From positions 1 to 64,000 of IMG/VR virus record IMGVR_UViG_3300005458_000015: 64,000 nt of DNA, one strand, 5' to 3'. Source of the DNA: a virus. Lineage: Duplodnaviria > Caudoviricetes. The notes beneath the pieces were generated by a model. It was not told the DNA's origin. It saw only the letters and a list, made by a program, of their open reading frames with translations, and made no database searches. The position numbers and the translations under genes are program-made. Of the stretch, positions 9,418-18,384 are shown in pieces. The first letter of the stretch is position 1. Every line of letters begins with the position of its first letter.

Positions 9418-11856
9418 TTAGATCGACATTGTTTGCGGTTGCTGGGGTTGTGGAGCCGTTGGGGTATGACTCTGGCTCTGCTGTGGGGGTGCCAATGGGT
9501 TGCTCTGACTCTGCCCATTGCTCTGGTTGGCATATGGCCCCATCCGCACGGTGAAGTCCTGAGGTGCTTGCTGGGCCTGTTGAGCCAACATCTGCTGCTC
9601 GATCATCTGCTGCTGCCAGCGCTGCTCCTGCATGGTCTGGATGTGCTGGGCCACCTGAGGGGCCAGCATCTCCGTGGCCTGCTGAAGGGCGTACTGCTGA
9701 TAGAAGCCCTGTCGAGAAGTGGGCAGCCCACCCATCCGGTTGGTGTTGTCTACAGCCTTGTTCACACCACCCATAGCCATGTCAACAGAGGGGGGACGCT
9801 GCGGACGCTGTTGCTTACCGGAATGCACTCCAAGCGCAGTACCAGTCAGACCACCAACACCGGCTCCGATACCAGCACCTTCGCCAGGGTGACCCAACTT
9901 GGCACCGATGACACCGCCAGTAAGACCACCGACTCCAGATCCCACTGAGCCGTAGACCCCTGCGTTACGACCCTGCTGAGCGTTGATCTGCGGCACATTG
10001 ATCCCGTGTGACAAATGCTTAGCAAGATCACCAAAGCCTTGGTGCCCAGTGATATCTTCAAGAGTGCAAAGATTGTCGATGAAAGCGCTTACGCTATCGG
10101 ATTCCTGATATGCCTTACCGATAAGTTCAGCCTCAGGGTCCAATTCGTTAACCTCAACCGACTTACGCAGCCCAGCACCGTGGATGGAGAAACCGGTGCG
10201 CTCGCCGTTCTTCACCGACTCCCAGACGTCGGGGTCATTGATCTGGAACCCGGTCCACCATCGACCGGCAAGGTTTTTGCTGATGCCCATAGCCTCACAC
10301 TTCTCCGGTGTGAAAACCATCGACTCAATCAGGTCCGAGACGTGCAACGGCTTGTCGGACTTCTCGATGACGTTGCCGTACTCGTCCACGCGGGTGTGCA
10401 TGTCACCACCCACACGGGCCTTCACGACGTAGTCATAGGCAGCCTTCTCGATGTCGTCTGGGTGGATGTAGTCACCCTGAAGATCAACAACCGGCTTGCC
10501 ATCCATTTGAGTGACAGATGCCCAGCCAAAAACCTGACGCTTGTCCTCGTCAACCTTGGAGAAGTCACCTTCCCAAGTGACGTCAAGGTTCTTCTTGGTA
10601 CGGGCCTTATGGCCTTCATATGCTGAAAGACCGACGAGCCCTGCGCCAACCGCAGTAGCAGCAACGCCGCCGCGCTTGACTCGCCCAGCGGATCGAGCCA
10701 ATTCCTTTGCGTTGCCAGCCACACGCTCCATGTGAGAGGCGTGGTCAGCCCAAGATTGCGCTGAAGGATGCACTCGTCTTTCGCTTCGTGCCCTTCCAAG
10801 CGGAGTTTCCGGGCCAAAACGATCTTCAGTCGTGAGCGGCTCATTAAAAGCGTGCCGGATAAGAGCATCGCCTTGATTTGCTTCTGCTCGTGCTGCTCGT
10901 GCCTTGTGCTCCTTCTCACCGGAATGCGCAAGCGCTGCAACACCAGCACCCCCACCCGCAGTCATCACACCCGCAGACGCGAGATTCTCCCGCTTGCGCT
11001 GGTCATCGAACTTCTTCCAGTCCTTCTTAACCGCGTGCTCACGCATCTCCTGGTAGGTCCGCGTGCCCTCATAGACACCCCCCGCAGCAGCAGTAGCACC
11101 AACACCCGCCAGTCCAACTGCCTTGCCGGTGGACTTCAGAGCGTGGGGGAGCAGAGCACGAGCAACATGCCGCTCAACCGGATTTGAGGACTTCAGATGA
11201 GAGCCGATGTACTTGATTGACTCTCCGGCGTATTTCATCGCCTTGGGGGCCTTAGTACCAACCACTGCTCCAGTCCCAGCAAGGGCACCAGCAGCGGCTA
11301 GACCGGCAATGGCCTTACCAGCCTGAGAAGCGTGATGTCCAGTCGAAGAGAACCGTCCGGCATGATCACGAACGTACTCACGACTCTTCTGAATCTCGGT
11401 CTCGTTGAGGTTGCCCTTGTCATCGATCAGACCGGCGTCGTACGCCTTCTCGACCAGGTCAACGAATACCTTGCCAACCTTCTCCAAGGTCTCTTCATCG
11501 TCCTGAGGACGAATCGTCATGACCTTCTTGCCGCGCTTCAGCGGACGGTTGACGTGGACGTCAGAAGGACCTGGGTCACTCTTCCCGATCGAACGGAAAG
11601 CACAGTTAGGGCAAGTGACCTTGTCCATGTCAGAAGTCTTCTTGGCGACGTTCTTGGCCCCACAAAGAGCACCGTGCTCACTGGCAGCGTGGACGAACCG
11701 GCCAATCAACTTGTTAGGGTTGTACTTACCAAACAGATCCTTGGAGACGTCTTCCAGGGTGACCTCGTCACCATAAAGATGCTTGGCCAGCGCTACAAAG
11801 CCAGGATCAGACTTCCACAACGCCGGAAGGGCAGCCTGGGAGACATCAAACGCCAT
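9418..11856 (-). CDS. capsid maturation protease (XkdF-like domain) embedded in an 812-aa modular protein
   Basis: 'VDEDKRQVFGWASV...VVDLQGDYI...IEKAAYDY...GGDMH...ESMVFT...WWTGFQINDPDVWESVKNGERTGFSIHG'. Confidence 0.75.
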   Translation of the reverse strand: MAFDVSQAALPALWKSDPGFVALAKHLYGDEVTLEDVSKDLFGKYNPNKLIGRFVHAASEHGALCGAKNVAKKTSDMDKVTCPNCAFRSIGKSDPGPSDVHVNRPLKRGKKVMTIRPQDDEETLEKVGKVFVDLVEKAYDAGLIDDKGNLNETEIQKSREYVRDHAGRFSSTGHHASQAGKAIAGLAAAGALAGTGAVVGTKAPKAMKYAGESIKYIGSHLKSSNPVERHVARALLPHALKSTGKAVGLAGVGATAAAGGVYEGTRTYQEMREHAVKKDWKKFDDQRKRENLASAGVMTAGGGAGVAALAHSGEKEHKARAARAEANQGDALIRHAFNEPLTTEDRFGPETPLGRARSERRVHPSAQSWADHASHMERVAGNAKELARSAGRVKRGGVAATAVGAGLVGLSAYEGHKARTKKNLDVTWEGDFSKVDEDKRQVFGWASVTQMDGKPVVDLQGDYIHPDDIEKAAYDYVVKARVGGDMHTRVDEYGNVIEKSDKPLHVSDLIESMVFTPEKCEAMGISKNLAGRWWTGFQINDPDVWESVKNGERTGFSIHGAGLRKSVEVNELDPEAELIGKAYQESDSVSAFIDNLCTLEDITGHQGFGDLAKHLSHGINVPQINAQQGRNAGVYGSVGSGVGGLTGGVIGAKLGHPGEGAGIGAGVGGLTGTALGVHSGKQQRPQRPPSVDMAMGGVNKAVDNTNRMGGLPTSRQGFYQQYALQQATEMLAPQVAQHIQTMQEQRWQQQMIEQQMLAQQAQQAPQDFTVRMGPYANQSNGQSQSNPLAPPQQSQSHTPTAPQPQQPQTMSI

Positions 11857-11891
11857 GGGGTCAGCCTGACCTTTCTACGGTTGCTTGTCGC

Positions 11892-13532
11892 TCACAACGG
11901 TTTGATGGTGCGAGTGCGCGACCTATCTTCCCATCGATACCGACTACGTTGACGCTTCTCATCTTGAGCAATGAGTCGTTGGTTGAGGCTACGGAACGGG
12001 TTTGGCTTGGTCTCCTCCAAGGAGCCGACATATCTCGCTGCTGCCAGCCGTCTGGCCTCATTCGTCTGCCGTTGGGCTAGTGTGTTAAGCACCCCACGAC
12101 GCACAGGCTTGGGGCCTTTGATCCGGTTGATCTTGGTCGGCAAGAACCCAACCTTCGCCCGATAAGCCGCTTCAACTCGATGATTGCCATCGACAACATC
12201 AACAGCATCGTCATAGACGTTAAGTTCCACTGGAGACATGCGGTACCCATTAATACGCATGGTGCGAGCCATATCGTTGATATGCGCTTCATTTCCCATG
12301 CGATATGACTGACCGCGAATATGAAAGTCCAGGTACTGCCGAGGAACGATGTACGTCCCGCTCTTGACCTGTTTTACCTTCCGGTCTACTCGCCGCAAAT
12401 GCCGGGGAAGTTTTGGCTGATCTTCCTTCACTCGGGGGAAGTTGGTGGCGGCGACGTAGGCTCCTGCGGCTGCTGCTGCAACGGGAGCGAAGCGTCCAAG
12501 TGCATCTCTCGCCTGCGCAGGATTGAATTTCTCGACCGGCTCAGCGCTCTTGCCCAGGCTGACAAGATCTTTAATCTCGCTACGGAGGCGGGCTCTATGG
12601 TTCGGTCCTTCATCGCGGAATCGCGCTCGTCGGGTGATGATCCCATGGCGATACCTCTCTTCCGGGACGACTGTGCACCGACAGTTGGGATGCACCGGAG
12701 GCACCAACAGCCTGATCGTGCCCGAGGAGGTGGCGATGGCGAAGGTGTCCATCATCCCCACCATCACGCCATCCATCGGCTTACAGATCTTGCAGACCCG
12801 CTCATCGATAGCAGTGACCCATACCTTGCGGGCACTCTTGGGCATCAGCCCGGAGTCCATCGCCTCCAAGTACGTCAACTGCCGACCGAAGTTGAGACCA
12901 GTGAAGGACTGCACGTCCCCAATCACCGTGGCCCGCTTCGTCAGCAACTGCTGAGCCAGGTCCAGGACGGTGCGGTTGCGTGGCTTGTCCTTCTGCTTCA
13001 TGAAGGTCATGACGGAGTTCATGTCACGAGGGGCCAGACCATAGAACTTCTTGATCGTCTGAGCCAACGGGTCACTGCGTAGACCGGCGTTGATCAGTTG
13101 CGGGACTGCCTCCGCAATCGCCTTATGGCTCTGGTCAGCGATCTGGTTAGCCATCTCGTTGCCATAGACGGACGACCAAGTAGTGGCCACAGATCGCCAC
13201 GCCTCAGTGCCGAACTCAGCCTCAAAGTCAGCAAACGCCTGCTCTCGTCCCAACCCCGCCGCCCGGACAAGCAGACCACCCGCAGCCTTCTTCAGAGCAG
13301 AGGTGAAGGACTTACGGACTGGCTGGAGGTCTTCATCCCGAAAACCACGATCTGACCACTTCTTGGCCAGCCCAGACCAGTCCAACGCCTTAGCAACTAG
13401 GACAGCCGCAACGAAGGCATAACCCAACTGCTCAGCAACGTCAGCCTCATCCTGACCCCGCTCCCAGGTGGGCGAGATGTACTCACCTGCAAGCGGGGTC
13501 TCGGCGTCGTACTGGGTGTAGTCAACGGTCAT
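11892..13532 (-). CDS. MuF-like minor capsid protein with C-terminal ParB/Srx-like domain
   Basis: 'KVWVTAIDERVCKICKPMDG...PPVHPNCRC' followed by 'VELNVY...VVDGNHRVEAA'. Confidence 0.8.
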   Translation of the reverse strand: MTVDYTQYDAETPLAGEYISPTWERGQDEADVAEQLGYAFVAAVLVAKALDWSGLAKKWSDRGFRDEDLQPVRKSFTSALKKAAGGLLVRAAGLGREQAFADFEAEFGTEAWRSVATTWSSVYGNEMANQIADQSHKAIAEAVPQLINAGLRSDPLAQTIKKFYGLAPRDMNSVMTFMKQKDKPRNRTVLDLAQQLLTKRATVIGDVQSFTGLNFGRQLTYLEAMDSGLMPKSARKVWVTAIDERVCKICKPMDGVMVGMMDTFAIATSSGTIRLLVPPVHPNCRCTVVPEERYRHGIITRRARFRDEGPNHRARLRSEIKDLVSLGKSAEPVEKFNPAQARDALGRFAPVAAAAAGAYVAATNFPRVKEDQPKLPRHLRRVDRKVKQVKSGTYIVPRQYLDFHIRGQSYRMGNEAHINDMARTMRINGYRMSPVELNVYDDAVDVVDGNHRVEAAYRAKVGFLPTKINRIKGPKPVRRGVLNTLAQRQTNEARRLAAARYVGSLEETKPNPFRSLNQRLIAQDEKRQRSRYRWEDRSRTRTIKPL

Positions 13533-16348
13533 GCGGGTGGTCCTTCAGGGAAGTTGCGACGGAGGAACTCATCGGCTTCACGTTCAGCCTGTTGCTCACG
13601 CTCATGCGATGACTCCTCCCGACGCCGTTGGGATTCATCCATTTCAGTCTCACCCGCTTGTGGAGCCCCCCGAAACTCCCGCTCAACCGATGGGCGGGAG
13701 TTAATCTCTTTTGGGCGGTGAGGCGGTGTGAACCCTTCGATCGTCCCGTGCTCGTCACGATGCTTGGCTTCCAGGTATTGGTTCTCATACCACTGCCAAT
13801 ATGGAAGGCCATCGAACTCGCCTTCAGGGTCGACGTTCTCCCAGTAGTCCCTGGGAGACATACCATTCCAGTCTTCGTCCTCACGCGGGGTCTCGAAGTA
13901 GTCAACGAGAGCCTGCTTGTCAGGCTTGAGATTGCCTGAGTTGTGCCGCCAGTTCTGGTAGTTCTTCCAGTTCCGGTAACCCCACCGGGCCTTGAACTCG
14001 TCATCGGCCTCGATATCTTCGGCATAACCAGCATGAGGAGCGACTCCACGAACGCTCTCCTCAGTCTCTCCTTGTGAGCGAAGGATGGGCCGGTCGTTGT
14101 AGATCTCCAGACCCGTACCACCCTGAGGAGCAACCTCACCGAGGATGTCTTCAATCTCAGCCCGCTCATCAGGGTCACGCTTCAACCGGTCATACCAGTC
14201 GGTGTACTCCTGGTAAGCCTTACCACGATCAGAGTTGGGATCTTCTTCCTCGTATTGCTTTGCCCTAAGGATGTCCTTGAGTCTCGCTGCACGAGCGTTT
14301 TCACCAACACTGGCGTGGTCAAGAACGGCAGTGATCCACCTGGCGTAAGCAGAAGCGTCCTCATTAGAGAGGACATTCATGCTGCGTTCAATCTCAGCCT
14401 GGGGTCGTGTTCCTACACCTTCACCGCCACCAGTAGCAGCCCAGACATTGCGGTCCCGGAACGGGAGATTGGTAGGAGCCTCACCCTCCCGCCGAACCGG
14501 AACCCGGTAAGTAGGAGTCCGCTCCTCTTCACGCCGACGAGCAGCAGCAGCGTCCTCACGAGCCTTCTGGGCTGCCCAGACACGAGCCCGACCAAGACGA
14601 TGTGAGTCAAACTCGTCAAACGAGTGATGCCCACCAAGAAGTTCGTCGTAGTACCCCTGGACTGCCCTTGACGGCTTCAGGTAGTACGGGCGCACATAAC
14701 CGGGGTCGGTGTCAGCGTCTGAAGCCTGAAGGCCCTTGAGTTCATCTACACCCTTGGGGCCTTCCCAAGAGACGTTCTGGATGAAGTAGGGAAATTGCTT
14801 CTGGAGAGTCTGAAGGGCCAGGTAGTAACCCCGGCCATTGAGAGCAACCTTCTCACCAGTCTCGGGGTCGTTGACTGCGCCGTTCTTGATCCGGTCCAAC
14901 AGGCGACCGTACTTGTCCACCATGACCTGATTGGCGTCACCAGCAGTATCCTTGGCCCAAGCCCCAACCTTCTTGCCAGTCTTGTTGGTGCGCGGGGTGA
15001 AGTTGACCCGGTAGATGCCGTTGCGGCTGATGACATTGAAGCCGGTAGCGCCGGTCTTCATCGCCAGAGCGATATCTTCAGTCGTCGGACCACCAAAAGC
15101 ACGAGATCGGGTGTAGGACCCACCGTTCAGCGAATGCAGGTTACGAAGGTTGAACGGAACGTAGTGGTCATCGCCATAGCCATGAGCCTGCGAAGTGACC
15201 TTGCCATTGGAGTCCAGGATGTAGCCGTGCGAAGGCGGAGTGTTACCGGACTTCAGCATCAGGTCGGTCTGGGCAGCAGTAGGAACTGCATCCAGCCCAC
15301 CCTTTGCTTTGGTCTGCGCAAGGTTCCGGGTCAACCGCTCACGGTATGCAGCAATGTCCTCAGGGTTGCCCTTGGAGTCAGTCTGCCGACCTGACCGAGC
15401 AGTCTGCGTCCACTGCGAAGGATCAGCCTGAGTGCCCTTGTACTTGTATCGCGCACGGATCATGTGCGGACCAAGCACCCGAGAGACTTCAGGGCCATGC
15501 TTGCCGACATACTTGCCCATGGCGATAGCAACCCTGGTCTTGGCCCCAAAAGGAAGTCCAGAAGTTGCCTCGTGCATCGTTTCAGATGCACTTTCCAGTC
15601 GAGTGAACCAAGAGTTCGGGCCGTAATTGATCCGGCCCTGTCGGCTCATCTCACTGACGACTGCACCAGCAGAACCAGCCTGTCGTGCATTGGCTCCCAA
15701 TGCTTCAGCCAAGTGGACGGTGTCATCCGAACCGGTAAACGGTGCGTGCACACCAGTGATCTGACGAGCGCGAACAACCCGGTCACCACGACGCAACCGA
15801 GGAAGTTTCCCGCCAGTCATCGGAACACGATCGACCTTGCCATTGGCCCGGTGGATAGTGAATTCCCACTCCTGGTCGTCCCCATAGAATCCACCACGGG
15901 AGTGCAGCATCGCAGTGGCAAGAGATGCCTGTTGCTCACGGTTGGCGTAGGTGAACTCACCCGTCTTGTTACGCGGGTGCAGCCGCTCTTCCCATTCAGC
16001 CTTCTCAACCAACTCAGACAAGGCATCGTTGATGTAGGCCTTGACGATGGCACGACGTCCCTGCTGCTGAACCGTGTCCACAGCCTTGTTGTAGAGCGCT
16101 TGCAACTCAGCCTTGTGGTGAACGAACTGGTTCTCGATGTGCTGCCGTAGCGCCATCAAGAAGGCATTACGCCAAAGATCGTCGTCCCAATGCGTGTAGA
16201 CGTATGCAGCAACTTCACCTGCTGCATCCCTGTCGCCTTCGTGATCACCAAGGCCGTCCAAGATGCTGGCAGGAAGATCTTCAATCTCATGGTGAACACC
16301 ACCAAGGGCACCAACCCGAATGGCAGCCTTCTCTACCATGACAGTCAC
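13529..16348 (-). CDS. large putative internal virion protein (939 aa) with degenerate JAB/MPN-like domain
   Basis: Between portal and MuF; 'WEERLHPRNKTGEF' motif; 'SHGYILDSNG...TRSRAFGGPTTEDI' resembles the JAB HxH..S..D core with the His residues lost. Confidence 0.55.
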   Translation of the reverse strand: MTVMVEKAAIRVGALGGVHHEIEDLPASILDGLGDHEGDRDAAGEVAAYVYTHWDDDLWRNAFLMALRQHIENQFVHHKAELQALYNKAVDTVQQQGRRAIVKAYINDALSELVEKAEWEERLHPRNKTGEFTYANREQQASLATAMLHSRGGFYGDDQEWEFTIHRANGKVDRVPMTGGKLPRLRRGDRVVRARQITGVHAPFTGSDDTVHLAEALGANARQAGSAGAVVSEMSRQGRINYGPNSWFTRLESASETMHEATSGLPFGAKTRVAIAMGKYVGKHGPEVSRVLGPHMIRARYKYKGTQADPSQWTQTARSGRQTDSKGNPEDIAAYRERLTRNLAQTKAKGGLDAVPTAAQTDLMLKSGNTPPSHGYILDSNGKVTSQAHGYGDDHYVPFNLRNLHSLNGGSYTRSRAFGGPTTEDIALAMKTGATGFNVISRNGIYRVNFTPRTNKTGKKVGAWAKDTAGDANQVMVDKYGRLLDRIKNGAVNDPETGEKVALNGRGYYLALQTLQKQFPYFIQNVSWEGPKGVDELKGLQASDADTDPGYVRPYYLKPSRAVQGYYDELLGGHHSFDEFDSHRLGRARVWAAQKAREDAAAARRREEERTPTYRVPVRREGEAPTNLPFRDRNVWAATGGGEGVGTRPQAEIERSMNVLSNEDASAYARWITAVLDHASVGENARAARLKDILRAKQYEEEDPNSDRGKAYQEYTDWYDRLKRDPDERAEIEDILGEVAPQGGTGLEIYNDRPILRSQGETEESVRGVAPHAGYAEDIEADDEFKARWGYRNWKNYQNWRHNSGNLKPDKQALVDYFETPREDEDWNGMSPRDYWENVDPEGEFDGLPYWQWYENQYLEAKHRDEHGTIEGFTPPHRPKEINSRPSVEREFRGAPQAGETEMDESQRRREESSHEREQQAEREADEFLRRNFPEGPPA

Positions 16349-17829
16349 TGCATGGCTCCGTTCGAGTCGTTAAGCGTCATCATGTCACCGAAGTCTCCAC
16401 CGCCAGGACCAGCCAGTCCTTGAGTCATCGCGTTGTAGGCCGCTTCCTGTGCAGCCTGCTGAGCAGCCATCTGCGCCTGCATGATGACGGTCTCTTCGCT
16501 CTTCTCCGGCAACTTGGCGATCTTGCGGATGTACTCCTCAAGGTCCGGGTCGGGGAAGAACGTCATCCCAGCCTGAGTCATCGCACCCATGAAAGCGCCA
16601 AGTTCGGTCAGGTCAGGAGCATCAACGTCTGACGGCTTGATCTCCGGCAGAGTCTGAAGATGCCAGCCGTTGAGAGCGAACAACCGAGGAAGTTCGTGCC
16701 GGTTGAAGACATTGGCAATCGCCGTAGCGAATGAGTTGAGGCTGGACCGGAAGATTCCGGTCTTGTCGGTGTGCAGAGCGTAAGAGCCTGAGTCCTGGTG
16801 ACCGACCAGGATGAAGTCAGCCAAAACCGTCATCAGAATGCGCTGCTCATAGCGCTGGATGATGGCGTCTGTGTCGAACTGTCGGCCTCCTGTGCTGGCC
16901 ATCAGGTCGAAGGAGTAGAGCGGGTTACCTGACTCTTCGTCGTACGCCAGCGGGATGACAACACCTTCCTGCTCATCCCGACGCACGTTACGGACCATGT
17001 CCTTGAACGCCTTGGCGACCTGTCCCTCCTTGGAGGTGGGGTCAGCCATCAGGAACTCAGCCGGGATACCTGCCTTGGGCAATCCGGCCAGGTCACGCTC
17101 TACCCCGATGCCTTCGATCTCCTCGAACCGCTTCTTGAAGTACCAAGGGCGGTAGGCGTTGCGAAGAATAGATCTGCCTTCAGGGTTATTTTTATGCAAC
17201 GCGGTACGGAACAGCAGCGACTTCTGGATCGGGATCTCGGCTCGCTTGTAGTCAGGCGGAGCCAACTGGATCATCTTCTGGATGCCACCGTCGTCATCGA
17301 AGCCCCACTCCATGAGCGTCTCTTGGGCTCGAATCGGGATCTTGCGCCAGCCGACCATGCCGTCGCTGAACTTGCTCTTCAGCGAGGGGTTGCGGACGTC
17401 ACCAACCCGGCGCTTGTAGACCACCTCGTGCCAGGACCAGCCGTAGACCAGCATGGAGAGGATCTCGGAGATCATGTCGTCCCAGGTATGGGACATATCG
17501 TCCATGCACTCTTCTACGAACTGAGCCGCCAGAGCGTCCTCAGGGTCCGAAGAAGCCGGGTCAACCCGCCAGGTGACTTGCCGAAGCAGTTTGTCGATGG
17601 CCCATACCAGCGACCCCACCATCGGGTCGTTCTCAGCCATCTCCTTGTAGATCTGGATGGCCTTACGCCCACGGAGTTGAGGAAGGAACTCCTCATCGAC
17701 ATACCCACCCCACCTGCGTAGACCGGTTGCACCGATCTCCACCATGGCATTGCGGGGTGCACTCCCCAGGACGTCCCCGTCCCAGCCATCGATAGAGAAA
17801 CCCACGGTCATGACGCCATCATCACCCAA
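16345..17829 (-). CDS. portal protein (DUF935/Mu gp29-like)
   Basis: 494 aa; 'EEFLPQLRG..AI.IYKEM..ND', 'NPEGRSILRNAYRPWYFKK...GIGVERDLAGLP'. Confidence 0.9.
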   Translation of the reverse strand: MGDDGVMTVGFSIDGWDGDVLGSAPRNAMVEIGATGLRRWGGYVDEEFLPQLRGRKAIQIYKEMAENDPMVGSLVWAIDKLLRQVTWRVDPASSDPEDALAAQFVEECMDDMSHTWDDMISEILSMLVYGWSWHEVVYKRRVGDVRNPSLKSKFSDGMVGWRKIPIRAQETLMEWGFDDDGGIQKMIQLAPPDYKRAEIPIQKSLLFRTALHKNNPEGRSILRNAYRPWYFKKRFEEIEGIGVERDLAGLPKAGIPAEFLMADPTSKEGQVAKAFKDMVRNVRRDEQEGVVIPLAYDEESGNPLYSFDLMASTGGRQFDTDAIIQRYEQRILMTVLADFILVGHQDSGSYALHTDKTGIFRSSLNSFATAIANVFNRHELPRLFALNGWHLQTLPEIKPSDVDAPDLTELGAFMGAMTQAGMTFFPDPDLEEYIRKIAKLPEKSEETVIMQAQMAAQQAAQEAAYNAMTQGLAGPGGGDFGDMMTLNDSNGAMQ

Positions 17830-17866
17830 CGCTTAGTGGCTGTCTTGAAGACACGCAACGGATCAC

Positions 17867-17895
17867 TTGACATATGATGCACAATAGGATATGGT
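17867..17895 (+). promoter_or_regulatory. sigma70-type promoter
   Basis: TTGACA-17-TATGGT upstream of the lone plus-strand gene. Confidence 0.75.
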
Positions 17896-17932
17896 TCATA
17901 TCAGTCAGACAACTTCTATGAAAGGATATGTC

Positions 17933-18115
17933 ATGGCTGATCGAGAGAAGGAGGCCCTCAAGGGTCTCGCCCGTAAGGCCAAGGCCAACCCCCACATCAA
18001 GTGGGCTCGCAACACCGTGATCGGCACAGCCAAGGGTGTAGCCATCGCGGCAGCGGCGAATACGGTTGCCGACGCCACCAAGGGCGCGCTGAAGAAGCGC
18101 CTCCGGCACCGGTAA
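17933..18115 (+). CDS. small basic hypothetical protein in an antisense cassette
   Basis: 60 aa MADREKEALKGLARKAKANPHIKW...; has its own promoter, RBS (GAAAGGA) and terminator. Confidence 0.7.
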   Translation: MADREKEALKGLARKAKANPHIKWARNTVIGTAKGVAIAAAANTVADATKGALKKRLRHR

Positions 18116-18117
18116 CA

Positions 18118-18164
18118 AAAAGCCCCACCCGATCCTTGATCAAGGGACCGGAGTGGGGCTTTTT
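18118..18164. terminator. bidirectional intrinsic terminator
   Basis: AAAAGCCCCAC...GTGGGGCTTTTT between convergent genes. Confidence 0.85.
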
Positions 18165-18188
18165 GCTGTGGACAGAGCACCCGCAACC

Positions 18189-18383
18189 TCACTCTATCTT
18201 GCATCCGGCGTTTCGTAACTGACTCCTGGCGTTCTTCAACCCGCGCCAGTCCGAAATGGTGTTTCCCACCACGACCATCTGGCCCTGAGGGCCTCGGAAC
18301 TTCCAGTGGTTGGACCTGGCCTTCTCCACAGACCAGCCCTGACCTTCAACGAGTTTCTTTAGGTCTTTGAATTCCTTGGTCAA
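18189..18383 (-). CDS. hicA: HicA-family toxin (solo)
   Basis: 64 aa; 'GWSVEKARSNHWKFRGPQG.MVVVGNTISDWRGLKNARSQLRNAG' with the catalytic His. Confidence 0.7.
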   Translation of the reverse strand: MTKEFKDLKKLVEGQGWSVEKARSNHWKFRGPQGQMVVVGNTISDWRGLKNARSQLRNAGCKIE

Positions 18384-18384
18384 C

